From the NCBI GenBank assembly GCA_003344405.1, contig NOWV01000133.1:62001-126000 (forward strand): a DNA stretch of 64,000 nucleotides, given 5' to 3'. Shown here one piece after another: positions 1-40,220 of this stretch. A model generated the notes under the pieces. That model saw only the letters and a program-made list of their open reading frames with translations, searched no databases and was not told the origin of the DNA. The translations under genes and the position numbers were made by a program. The first letter of the stretch is position 1; every line of letters starts with the position of its first letter. This DNA is from Trichoplax sp. H2 (Eukaryota).

Positions 1-1293
<1,293 letters not shown>

Positions 1294-1344
1294 TACTTGA
1301 TACATCATGATGAGTATTGTAGCTTTCCAAATATATGACTTATT

Positions 1345-1545
1345 TGGTTGATTATAACAGTAGACTTTACTTAATATCATAGCATATTGTAAACCCGACT
1401 GCTTTATTCGGGTTAGAATTTAAGATAGCTTGTAGTAAAATTTTTGTTCGAAATGAGATATTGTGAAATTGTTGTTCAAAGGTTGCAATAAAATATATAT
1501 ATGTAGCTAATTTTGATCCTTGATCAAGTAGAGTGAATTGAATGT
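1345..1545. repeat. Dispersed repeat, copy 1 (copy 2 at ~58685-58890)
   Basis: Shares ATATTGTAAACCCGACTGCTTTATTCGGGTTAGAATTTAA and diverged flanks with 58685-58890; contains hairpin AACCCGA...TCGGGTT. Ends approximate. Confidence 0.7.
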
Positions 1546-2483
1546 CTCTTCGTGACATGCTCTAGGGTATCCAGACTTGAGAGAGAGAGACTAATAAAGA
1601 ACTAATTTATAACTCATGTCAGTAGTATTCTTGAGAGATAAGCCTAATTTATTTTGTAGGGAGAAAATGGTAGCAGTTTATGAGTTGCTTTCTTAGTTAG
1701 TTCTATACAGATTGGAGAGCAAACTGGATTTTGTGGAAGCTTTGTCGGGAGTGGGAACGAAACGACATGATATTTTGATGGTGTCAAATATAGTAGAGTA
1801 CAGTCATACTCTATCTATAATACCGTACTAAGCTTTATGGTAGTAGGATAGAGTATCAAGGAAAAAGGTTAGTTAATGGCAGACAGTCTAGTCTATTTTA
1901 TTGTTCAACAATTTATCTGAAAGAAAAATTAACACTCGTGTACTAGGTGATCCCCTCTCAAAATACTTTTGAAAGCTTTGAATGGATGTACTTAATAATT
2001 TAGTCGATCCTAAGCTCGTTGTCATGTAGTTTGCTTTCTACAGTATACTGTACCAATGGTACAGTACACTTAAAGTTATCTTCAACCCTCTCCCGTCTGG
2101 AAGGATGGACTTTGCTAGAGTACTGGGTGGCCAGCTATAGTACTGTACAGTACAGTACAGTACAAGAACTTTTACCGTACTGTACCCTGTACAGTACTGT
2201 ATGGAAGGTGACGAAGAGACGATGTAGAAAATGATCGAATTGCGCATGAGTGTCGAACTAAGCTTTTATTGCAAAGTTATAAGCTTTGAAAGTCACGATA
2301 AGATTTTCTTTTAATGCATGGCCGATCTATTCTATTTTCTTTCATGTCAACCGAAAACTTGATAAAATACTTGTCAAAATAGGACTGCAGACTGAAGCTT
2401 GATAACGTAGCGGTAGTGTCTTTTAATGAAATAAAGAAATGCGAACGAAAATGCAACGAATCCAGACGTGATCAGTGTGCAAA

Positions 2484-4135
2484 TGATGAAGCATGGTCAA
2501 GTAGTCCTTGTTCAATGTACGATTTTGTGCCTCCTGCTTATGAAATAACTTGGATATTACGTATACATATGCACTGCATGCCTTTCAGAGCTTGGTTAAT
2601 ACAGTGTCATAATAAATGTGTGGAAAATGATTGTCTAATTTTGTATGATTAGTATGTGAAATATCAAATAACTTCCCAGCACCCTGTACACGCTATCTGT
2701 CACCCCCCTATTCTATCTCGTCAAGCCGTAGCAACTAATAATATCTCTTCTTGGGTCGGGTCTCTCGTCAAGACGTGACAGACTATTTTGCACACAAAGT
2801 CAGACCATGCTGCATCAATACTATACTGTACTGTACAGTTACTGGAGGATGAAAATTTGAAAGTCATTGACAATATTGCGTCATACCCGTCGATCTGTAT
2901 CAGCAATTGTCAGACGTACGGTACGGACAGCATGGTGGTGCAGTCCCGTCGTGGATGAAGCCGAGACCGATCAAATAGCTGATGCTGCACATTTGGGGAG
3001 TTTATTGATGAAGCATGGTCAAGTAGTTCAATGTACGATTTTGTGCCTCCTGCTTATGAATTAACTTGGATATTACGTATGCTTATGCACGATTTTGTGC
3101 CTCCTGCTTATGAAACAACTTGGATATTACGTATGCATATGCACGATTTTGTGCCTCCTGCTTATGAAATAACTTGGATATTACGTATACATATGCATTG
3201 CATGCCTTTCAGAGCTTTGTTAATACAGTGTCATAATAAATGTAAGGAAAATGGACGTCTAATTTTGTATAATTAGTACGTGAAATATCAAATAACTTTC
3301 CAGCACCCTGCACACGGTATCTGTCACCCCACCTATTCTATCTCGTCAAGCCGTAGCAGCTAATAGTATCTCTTCTTGGGTCGGGTCTCTCGTCAAGACG
3401 TGACAGACTATTTTGCACACAAAGTCAGACCATGCTGCATCAATACNNNNNNNNNNNNNNNNNNNNTTGAAAGTCATTGACAATATTGCGTCATACCCGT
3501 CGATCTGTATCAGCAATTGTCAGACGTACGGTACGGACAGCATGGTGGTGCAGTCCCGTCGTGGATGAAGCCGAGACCGATCAAATAGCTGATGCTGCAC
3601 ATTTGGGGAGTTTATTGATGAAGCATGGTCAGGTAGTCCTTGTTCAATGTACGGTTTTGTGCCTCCTGCTTATGAAATAACTTGGATATTACGTATACAT
3701 ATGCATTACATGCCTTTCAGAGCTTTGTTAATACAGTGTCATAATAAATGTATGGAAAATGGACGTCTAATTTTGTATAATTAGTATGTGAAATATCAAA
3801 TAACTTTCCAGCACCCTGCACACGGTATCTGTCACCCCACCTATTCTATCTCGTCAAGCCGTAGCAGCTAATAGTATCTCTTCTTGGGTCGGGTCTCTCG
3901 TCAAGACGTGACAGACTATTTTGCACACAAAGTCAGACCATGCTGCATCAATACAGTACTGTACTGTACAGTGTACAGTACTGTAGGATGAAAATTTGAA
4001 AGTCATTGACAATATTGCGTCATACCCGTAGATCTGTATCAGCAATTGTCAGACGTACAGTACGGACAGCATGGTGGTGCAGTACCGTCGTGGATGCAGG
4101 GGAGCCAGATCAAATAGCTGATGCTGCACATTTTG
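2484..4135. repeat. Tandem repeat, ~520-bp unit x ~3, with nested 54-bp triplication
   Basis: GATGAAGCATGGTCA recurs at ~2484, ~3007, ~3617 with near-identical downstream sequence; 54-nt unit (GATTTTGTGCCTCCTGCTTATGAA...) x3 at ~3031-3200. Confidence 0.92.
3447..3466. other. Assembly gap (20 N)
   Basis: Run of N inside the tandem repeat, so repeat copy number is uncertain. Confidence 0.99.
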
Positions 4136-4844
4136 GATTTTATTTATAGGCTAACAATAAATTAGTTTACCGTTTTTAATCGCCTTTCAATTGAGTGCTT
4201 CATTAATTGATTAGCTCCAAAGCTGGCGTGGAATACGTATTAACTTCCAATATCTTCCATTGGTTCAAATAGCTTGTATTCATGTAAGTACTAACATGAG
4301 GAAAAGTGACTTGTCTCCATTTTTGCCATGATCACTGCGGATTGACTGTTCACATCAATCAATCAATAGCATCATTTCTTCATACTTGGAGTAGAATGGC
4401 CTGATGGACGGCCTCAACTTCATTACTATAGAATGCAAAGATTTTCAATTGGCATAACTGACTGTTCGATTCTTTTTTGGAGTAGTCTCTGTTATAATTA
4501 TTTACTTGTAGTTGGTAGAAGTTAAAGTAAGTCATTGATTCCCATCTTGAACAGCAGCATTGTTCAATACTTTCACATTCAAGATCTCCAATTCGCTGCA
4601 ATCCTTAACATTAAACCTTCTTTTCCCTTAGTGAAGGAATGATTTCGACATACTGTAATTATGTTGAGTCCATAGACGTATAGACGTTCATTATCGTAAT
4701 GTCTGGCTTATGTATATTGTAATTATTCCCTTAAAATGATAGAAGCAAGTCGAAAATGATTATGACTAATACTAATACAGTGTATAATAATTATACAATT
4801 AATAAGACTATTGATTCATCACCATGCAGCTACCATAATCCAAT

Positions 4845-13691
<8,847 letters not shown>

Positions 13692-14102
13692 CTTATGATT
13701 ACGTATTATGTATTATCGTATATTATTACTGTATCTTATTACTTGCTTGTTGATTAGAAGGGATAACGATATCTTGAAGCCAAATTACAGAAATTTCTGT
13801 ACAAAATCGATTGTTAGTTACAAAATTACCCATTTATTGAAGCCTTATAACTACAAAATGATCAGTAATATACTTTATCGACTGAATTATTGATATTCAT
13901 TGGCACGTGTTTTTAATTATTTCGGTTATTGGAAGTTGTCGTGCATATTGTTAGTCCTAGTTTATACAGAAGGTCCAGATAATAATGACGTATCGTATTT
14001 TTAATTCAACCCAACTACCGCAACATTGGTATTATGTATCAAGAGCGACAATTGTATGAAGATTAAAGAACCTTTATTAATTGCTTCAAATTAATATGTG
14101 TG

Positions 14103-14741
14103 TGTGACGGAGTACAGACTCCGTAAATTAATTGTAGCGTTAGTTTTAGTAATTAGTAATTAAGATTTTATTAATTGTTAATAACCTTTATCTATTAGGC
14201 ATTCGATAATTGTAACGTTGTTAGTAGTCTAGTTATACTTGTTGTAGACTCTGTGCAGAATAGTGTATTTACAGGTGAGGTGACAACTAATATTCACACA
14301 TAGTAATTTCTGTTACTTTGTGCCGAGCCTTTGATTGTTAATTGGCTCTTAATTAGTTCGTAACTCATTAGTGTTGTTTACGCCGTCTGCCATACTGAAC
14401 CATATAGACAGTCGGCTATACGAAAGCTATATATTTTTAGGGTTATTTATCTAAGCTGTGCACCGAGTGCAACCGAGCTAGGGTATATAAAGCCCGGTGC
14501 TCTCATTAGCTATTGAGTTGACGATTGACCGTGTAGTGTACGCTTGTAGATGCGTATGTGCCCATACGCACTTGTAGATAGAGTAGTCTTGGATGTCAAG
14601 ACTACCTTTATTTAATAAACTATTTTAAAAGCCTAAGTCTAGTCTACACTTAGCTCGTTGGGGGCATATTTGGCTGTTGTAGCCTTAGTATTCGTACAGA
14701 TTCAAAGACCCAGGTTTCCTTGTTGTGGGCTGAACCCGACA
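14103..14741 (+). mobile_element. Solo LTR (639 bp) with 5-bp target site duplication
   Basis: TGTGACGG...CCCGACA termini (TG..CA); GTGTG on both sides (14098-14102, 14742-14746); TATATAAA at 14484, AATAAA at 14614; second copy at 52471-52842. Confidence 0.9.
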
Positions 14742-15017
14742 GTGTGTAACTTCCTATCTGCAGTTACCTTGATATTTAAAAGTTATGTTGTTCTTTAACT
14801 TCTATACAACTAGAAGCAATATGGTGAAGTTTGTAGCCTTTAAAAGAAAAGCTTATGATAAATGGCTATAAAACATGTATTTATCGGTTCGAAATACACA
14901 TCAATTGTCTACACAAAAAATTAACTAATTTTAAATATATAAACTTCGCTTTAAGTAAATTCAGTACATTACGCTCTATACAGATCGTAAATACAATAGA
15001 CATAGCTTAACAGTTTA

Positions 15018-23766
<8,749 letters not shown>

Positions 23767-24769
23767 CTATAATGCGAAACAGGATTAATTTATACAAATA
23801 TTATATAGCGCTACATTCTAAATACACATATGCTGTACATAAATTAATGATGTACAAGTACATAAATAATCTATCCAATACACGCATGCTGTAAGGGTAT
23901 AAATTGCTCAAGCAAATTATTTGTTGTTGTTCATTCTTTAAATACGTACAGTATGTTTAGCAATTCTAAAATTGACATTTTTATCTAGTCGATTATTGCT
24001 TTTCTAGTGATACATGTACTTTAAGCTGTATTTTTTTTCTAGGAATTTACAACAGGGGTTCACTAGCTGATTATAATTATAGGTTCTAAATATACAGTAC
24101 CGTTCCGATATCGCACTGGAATTAGCTCACCATAACATGGCATTTATGTTAATATCGCATTATTCGGTGATGAGTCGAACCCCGCTTCGCCACAAAAAAA
24201 GCTATCATTCACCACGTTCTCACAGAACGCCATTTAATTTATCAACGTTTATTTCATACAAAGCTGACATCTGATGATTAGTAAGGTATTCACTTCTGTG
24301 ATGCATTACTTGGATAACTCATTTAGAGACCAGTGTCATATGATCCAATTTAAAATCGTCTCCAAGCTTGAAATGAAGTGCAGCCCATTACTATCACGTA
24401 AAGATCATCCTATCATGTGGTCTATCAATAACGTGTTCATTGTTATAGAACAGGCAGGCTTTCATCATCAAGTATTTATCAAAATGCATCACTGACAAGG
24501 ACTATGCAAAGCTCTATTTATTTCCTGTGGTGTATCCTACTGGTAAGTCACTTCGAATACTAAATCTTAATACCAATGTTTAGAACCCCACCTCAATTTT
24601 AGGAATGGCGTACTACATTATAAAGTATCATTAGGTAAGCTAACTATAATTATATTGTCAATCATGAATTGCTGTTATACGAGTACAATGCTTACTGTGC
24701 CCTGTGTAATAAGGAACTAACTTTTTATATTTCATGAAAAATGATTGAATACTTAGCTCGAATGGGAGG

Positions 24770-25660
24770 CATTTTACGGGCCATCGATATTATAAATTAA
24801 TCCAAAAAGTGTATATAGATTCCATTGCTAGAATTCAGCGTCGTAAGGTCATAATTTCATTGCAATACAGTTGATGTCTAATCCATAGTGCATCAATGAT
24901 TTGTACAGTATAACAAGTCGTCATTTCAGCTGACCTTGTTTCTGCTATGCATACTGGGTGTCAACTCGATTGAATGATAGAGAGTAAACGTTGATTCGAT
25001 TACGTATGGGGAGTTTATTAATTATTATGTCATTCTCCATGCTGCACTAATAAAGTGAGTTGTAACTAAGGACGATAAAGGAGAAAATTCCTAAAAGTCC
25101 TAACGGTTGTACACTAATGTGCAGTAATACAATGACATAATCAGATAGGCGAACCCATCAAGTTAGGGAAGACTACAGCAAAGCATCGTCGTTTGACTAG
25201 AGAATCTCATTGCATATTATAATGATTTCAGTAAATTACAGAAGTTATGTGATATATTTGACGTATATTAAAAAGCAATGTTTGCATGAAGATGAAGCAG
25301 ATGTGAAGTTATTGCAGTTAATCCTGCCATTCAAAGTAGATGAGGCCAGTAATAATGACTATAGACAAGAACAACTGATGGTGATCATTGCGACTATCAC
25401 TTACCAAAATGAACAATATTTTGAAAACGCGTAAGCTTGATTATACGGATGATGGGCATCGTTTATTTGTGTCTTGTCCAGATCACTAGACATTTTCTAG
25501 CAGGTATCTACAATCTTAAGCTTGACAGTGAAGAAAAAGATATTCTATGAACCCATTAAAACGGCATCCATCGGACTGAAAATTTCTCTCTGCAGTAGCT
25601 GCTACCATGGGCCAGAAATGGATGAAGGAAGACATTCAGGTCAGCCTAGTGCTAACAAAG
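24770..25660 (+). mobile_element. Possible highly decayed Ty3/Gypsy pol remnant
   Basis: Broken translations in pol order: INDLYSITSRHFS...AYW (RT-like, ~24892), LIAYYNDFSKLQKLCD (RNase H-like, ~25205), KDIL*TH...GPEMDE (integrase zinc-finger-like, ~25535). Many stops; resemblance judged by eye only. Confidence 0.3.
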
Positions 25661-25883
25661 GTTATACTGAGATACTAATCGTGTTGCATTGATTGAAGCC
25701 AATCGCGCAGATGCCAATCGTACAGGTATCAGGTATGATACAGCCTGACTACGAACTATAGCGCGGACATACGGACACTGGACAAGGCTACTGCAGACAG
25801 GTAGGAATGGAATTCAGCAAAGTTTGCACGCATCTTCCAGCAGTAGTAGTCAAAGTTTCCGTTCGTCCAGTGTCCAGTGCAGC

Positions 25884-28280
25884 GCAAACAGTACCATAGT
25901 ACCTGAGATCAGAGTGGAACTTTACTTCGCTGATTGCACCCAGCGTGGACAATAATTATAAATTAATTAATTATTTTCTTAGAAGCAAGTGGAGACACCG
26001 ATGAGCTGATGATTGCAGACTTGTTGCGGATTACTGAAGTAGATAGCAATTCAGAATGACAGATCGGCAGGATGTCCCTTAATTTACAAATTGCAAAAAT
26101 ACTCCAAGCAAACAGTACTATAGTACCAGAGATCAGAGTAGAACTAGCTTTACGTCATGGATTGCACCCAGGATAGACAATAATGATAAGCAAGTGGAGA
26201 CAATGCTGCGCTGATGATTGCAGACATATTGCAGATTACTGGAGTAGATAAATTTAGAATGACAGATTGGCAGGATGTCCCTTAATTTACAAATTGCAAA
26301 AATGCTCCAAGCAAACAGTACCATAGTACCAGAGATTAGAGTAGAACTAGTTTTACGTCATTGATTGCACCCAGGATAGACAATAATGATAAGCAAGTGG
26401 AGACACTGCTGCGCTGATGATTGCAGACATGTTGCAGATTACTAGAGTAGATAAATTCAGAATGACAGATAGGTAGGATGTCCTTAATTTACAAATTGCA
26501 AAAGTACTCCAAGCAAACAGTACCATAGTACCAGAGAATAGAGTAGAACTAGTTTTACGCCATTGATTGCACCTAGCATAGACAATAATTATAAGTAACT
26601 GGAGACCTGCTGCGCTGGTGATTGCAGACATGTTGCAGATTACTGGAGTAGAAAAATTCAGAATGACAGATAGGCAGGATGTCCTTAATTTACAAATTGC
26701 AAAAGTACTCCAAGTCCAAGCAAACAGTACCATGGTACCAGAGATCAGAGTGGAACTAGTTTTACGTCATTGATTGCACCCAGCTTAGACAATAATTATA
26801 AGCAACTGGAGACACTGCTGCGCTGATGATTGTACGCATGTTGCAAATTACTTATCGACAATAATTATAAGCAGCTGGAGACACTGCTGCGCTGATGATC
26901 AAGATTGCAGACATATTGCAGATTACTGGAGCAGATAAATTCAGAATGACAGACAAGCAGGATGTCCGTAAATTTACAAATTGCAAAATACAGTACTCCA
27001 AGCAAACAGTAGTTACAGTACAGTACTGTAGTAGTAGATCAGAGTAGAACTTTGTGTCATTGATTGCACCCAGCATAGACAATAATTGTTATCAACTGGA
27101 GACACCGCTGCGCTGATGATTGCAGACATGTTGCAGATTACTGGAGTAGATAAATTCAGAATGACAGATAAGCAGGATGTCCATTAACCTTAATTTACAA
27201 ATTGCAACATACCCCAAGCGGTCCAAGCAAACAGTAGCTACAGTACCATAGTACCACATCAGAGTAGAACTTCGCGTCATTGATTGCACCCAGCATAGAC
27301 AATAATTATAAGCAGTTGGAAACACCGCTGCGCTGATGATTGCAGACATGTTGCAGATTACTAGAGTGCATAACGATTCAGAGAGGCAGATTGGCAGGAT
27401 GTCCCTTTTTTTAATTTATAAATTGCAAAATACTCCAAGCAAACAGTAGCCACAGTACCATAATACCAGATCAGAATGGAACTTTACGCCATTGATTACA
27501 CCCAGCATAGACAATAATTATAAGCAACTGGAGACACTGCTGTGCTGATGATTGCAGACATGTTGTAGATTACTGGAGTAGATAATTTCAGAACGACAAA
27601 TTGGCAGGATGTCCCTTAATTTATAAATTACGAAACACTCCAAGCAAACAGTAGTTACAGTACCATAGTACCAGATCAGAGTAGAACTTTACGTCATTGA
27701 TTGCACCCAGCATAAACAATAATTATAAGCAACTGGAGACACCGCTGCGCTGATGATTGCAAACATGTTGCAGATTACTGGAGTAGATAAATTCAGAATG
27801 ACATTTTGGCAGGATGTCCCTTAATTTACAAATTACAAAATACTTCAAACAAACAGTAGTTACAATACCATAGTACCAGATCAGAGTGGAACTTTACGTC
27901 ATTGATTGCACCCAGCATCGACAATAATTATAAGCAACTAGAGACACTGATGCGCTGATGATTGCAGACATGTTGTGGATTACTGGTGTAGATAAATTCA
28001 GAATGACAGATTCACAGGATGCCCCTTAATTTACAAATTGCAAAATACGCCAAGTAAACAGTACAACAGTATCATAGTACAGTATCAGAGATCAGAGTGG
28101 AACTTTACGTCACTGATTGCACCCAGCATAGACTATACTGTAATTAAAAGCAACTGGAGATACCGCTGTGCTAATGATTGCAGACATGTTGCAGATTACT
28201 GGAAAGCATAACAATTCAGAGTGACAGATAGGAAGGATGTCCCTTAATGTATAAATTACAAAATACTCCAAGCAAAACAG
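25884..28280 (+). repeat. Satellite-like tandem array, ~205-bp unit x ~11-12, apparently LRR-derived
   Basis: GATCAGAGT-like anchors at ~25907, 26131, 26333, 26535, 26742, 27036, 27257, 27468, 27673, 27878, 28089; one extra partial unit near 26850. Confidence 0.95.
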
Positions 28281-28372
28281 CTTTTCCATTTGTTAAGGAA
28301 AAAACTGTTTTCGTACTCGTCTCAAGGGTGGTTCCAATTGATAAGGAATCAAATCAATCGTCATTAGCTGTG

Positions 28373-37077
<8,705 letters not shown>

Positions 37078-40000
37078 TATCTTATTGTTAATAATATTAT
37101 GTTGGCGATTTCAATTATGGCGTAACTGTAATACCAGTCACGTCACAGCTTCATAGTGATGAATATGGTACAATGTACTCGTATTCAAATTAAAGCGATA
37201 GCTTATGGAGCCTATTATGGTCTATGAAATATTCATAATTTTTACCATTTTGTTTCTGCATCTATCATATGTAGACACATTACGTAGTCTTAGTGGCTTA
37301 TAGTAATATTCTCAAGTACTGATTGATGATTTTACAAGATTACAACATCATATTATAATTATTAAATGCAATACTATCGGAGATATTTAACTCATTATAA
37401 TTGCTCAAGTCAGTATACGTATCAGAGGCAAGTGTACAGTACTGCCTCGTAATCATTGTATTCTAATGAAGAACAATTTTTAAAAATCTGTTTAATTTTA
37501 TCAATACTATATACTGTTCTGTTTTTACGTATTGAGTTATACTCTGCGAGTAAAATTTGTAACTGGCTTTATTATTACAAATGCCGGGTATTTATAGATA
37601 TTCTAGCTCACACCTTTTTGCCTGTTTGCGTCGTGGTATTAAACACTGATACCTAATTACTAACTGTTAGAGCTATCGTTTACTTTACAGCATATGGTTA
37701 TCTATAGTAAATGATCAGTCTGCCTTTTACAATATAATCACGAACGGTCTTACAAGGTGTAGTAGTTTCAGCTAATTACAGTAGTAATTGAAGTACGGTA
37801 GCATTACGAAGTAGAATAGTCTACTATGCTGATCCTGTGTAGCGTTAGAGATTTGCTTAATTTTAATAACTCAGATTTTGAGTTGGACGATTGTGAACCT
37901 AAGAGGTTTCAAAACCCAAGCACTACACAAGGCTACAATACAGTCATCGTATTACAAATACTTATATAGATGATATTCTAATCATTTAGTTAACGCTCTA
38001 TCTAATAGCTAATGTAACATATATCGTTTATCTATAACAAACCTTAGCAAATAATATTAAAAGTTTAATCCATATCTTTTTCATATGTATTGTGCTATAA
38101 TTACGTTACTCCAAAATTTTTACAGTACAAATGCGATAAAAATAATATAACGTAAAGTTTTTAGAATACCATATAGTGAAAGAATTGAAAGAATGCAAAT
38201 ATTAGAATTCTTTAAAACTTTTAGTGAATGTAGATTGCAGTAAACGATATTTATCGCATAGAAATTAAATTAGTACTTGAGCTACTGTAGGAACACTATC
38301 ATCGCTGATCAGAAATGACGACGTACTGCTATAACTAATATAGGCGTTACATTTATTCAACAGTAGTTTAACGGCATTGTCTACATCGCTTTTAAGTGCT
38401 TAATTTACTCGCAAAAGTTTAAAATAGCCTAAAGAATCTATGAGGATAACGTAAAGGCATACAAACACAACAGTAATTGAGAATAGGCAACTTAATAATT
38501 CGGCACGTGGGAAGGTTATCTGTCTTGATGCCTTCGAAAGATCTTTGAAGATTAGTCTTCAAAATAATCAAGCAATTATAGATAGAAATTTAGAAAATAG
38601 GGCGATACAGAGTATATTCAATCTTTAGTAGTTTTACATCTTGCAGATTTTCAACTGATAGAAACTACAAAGCTGTGTACAGGAATTTAATTTAATAACG
38701 TTAATTAACAATTCTTGAAATTACCAGTAATATAAGTCAATATTAAATTCTATATCATTTTCACTGAATTATGAAGCTTGATTATCTATGTAATTGTGAA
38801 CGATATAAAACATTTTTTAGTGGATTCCAAATATTGAAATGCTACCATTCAAGTAATTGCTGTCAATTAATAAAAGTAATGCAATCATTAATCAAAAAGC
38901 TTCGTGATAGTATCAAGAAGGAACAGATAGATATCTAAGGACTCACAGCTTAGGTACGAGAAATGTTATTCCAATGTATATAGATAAGAAATAAGGGGAA
39001 AAGTGCAACTTGATTTTTTATCATATTCGACGAAATGAATATATATTCTAAACATGGAAGCAATATACGTGTAGGTATACTAAAGAAATCTTTAGCTTTT
39101 GGGGTAGGACTATGGTAATTACCGTAGCTATTAGTATTATATCATTCTTGCAATTATCACTACAGTTGTACCGTCATTAAAAACAGCTAAATAATATTGA
39201 GAGCAATATACTATCTTGATATAACAACAAGAATGATTGTCACAGAAAACTCTTTAAGATATTTTTGTAATAATTAAATAAGGAACATAAGGTTCATAAA
39301 GGAAGTATAAATCAATTATAAATCAACAATGAGTAACAAAAAATTTTAGCTGGTACAATTTGTATAGCAGTCATGGAGATACAATACTGACGATAGAATA
39401 AGATGTTTAGGAATGATTGCTTATGCCATGTTTAATAAATTTTTGATAGAGCAAAATATCAAATTGCGATTGGAATCATTATATATCATGTCAACGAAGG
39501 GATTAGATTCCACGATCAATCCGAACACAATATGCAACGCTGCAACTATCGATCTGTAGCTGAGATTGCAATATAATACTTTGTAGTTTATTGATATTTT
39601 ATCCAATTTCTTGAACGTAACATCAGGAGTAGAAATGATACTGGAACTTGAAATCAATTCAGTATTACTACTCTTTCATTCTGACGATATCAAATTTGAT
39701 ATCAATTCTATAAGCTAGAAATGCAATGAAACTACTGTATATTATAGATGATGCCATGTAAGCATTAAAATATTTTTCTTTACCATTTTAAAACACGCTA
39801 CGATAAATAAATGGTAAAAATATGGACTGCTAAATTGATGAAATAGATGAAATAGCAAATAAACTACAAAAATGATCGAGAACGAATACAAGATACTAGT
39901 TAGCATAGTACAGTTGATAAAGATAGTAGCAGAAGAGTGAATGTATTATTTCTCATGGGTTAATAACAGTCATTAAAGTTCACTATTAATTTATGCTTGG

Positions 40001-40220
40001 ACAAAAATACAAAAGAAACACAAATACTTATAAGATGTAGAACAGTAAATTTAAAATATTGATGATACAATTATTAATATCTGGGGATTTCTTGATTTAT
40101 GACTAACACTAAATTACTAAAAGCTTGAATCCTGTGGTTTGCTAAAAGAGACTTGAACTTTCAAGAAAATGACAAACTGAATGGATCCTAGTGACCAAAG
40201 CAGCACTCAATCGCATTGAT

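Noticed and set aside
2416-4045. Repeated short ORFs (MTILRHTRR..., DFVPPAY..., MLIQIDG...) as a peptide gene family
   Set aside because: They overlap on both strands, several use non-ATG starts, and indels between units shift frames.
26133-27349. Cys-containing minus-strand ORFs in the satellite
   Set aside because: Frames differ between units and there is no recognisable domain; they are by-products of the repeat.
25884-28280. CRISPR-like array
   Set aside because: The whole ~205-bp unit repeats with no unique spacers, no cas genes are present, and the context is eukaryotic.
37700-39660. Possible decayed gene or transposon between ABCC copy 4 and apicortin
   Set aside because: No motif, termini or second copy could be identified by eye.
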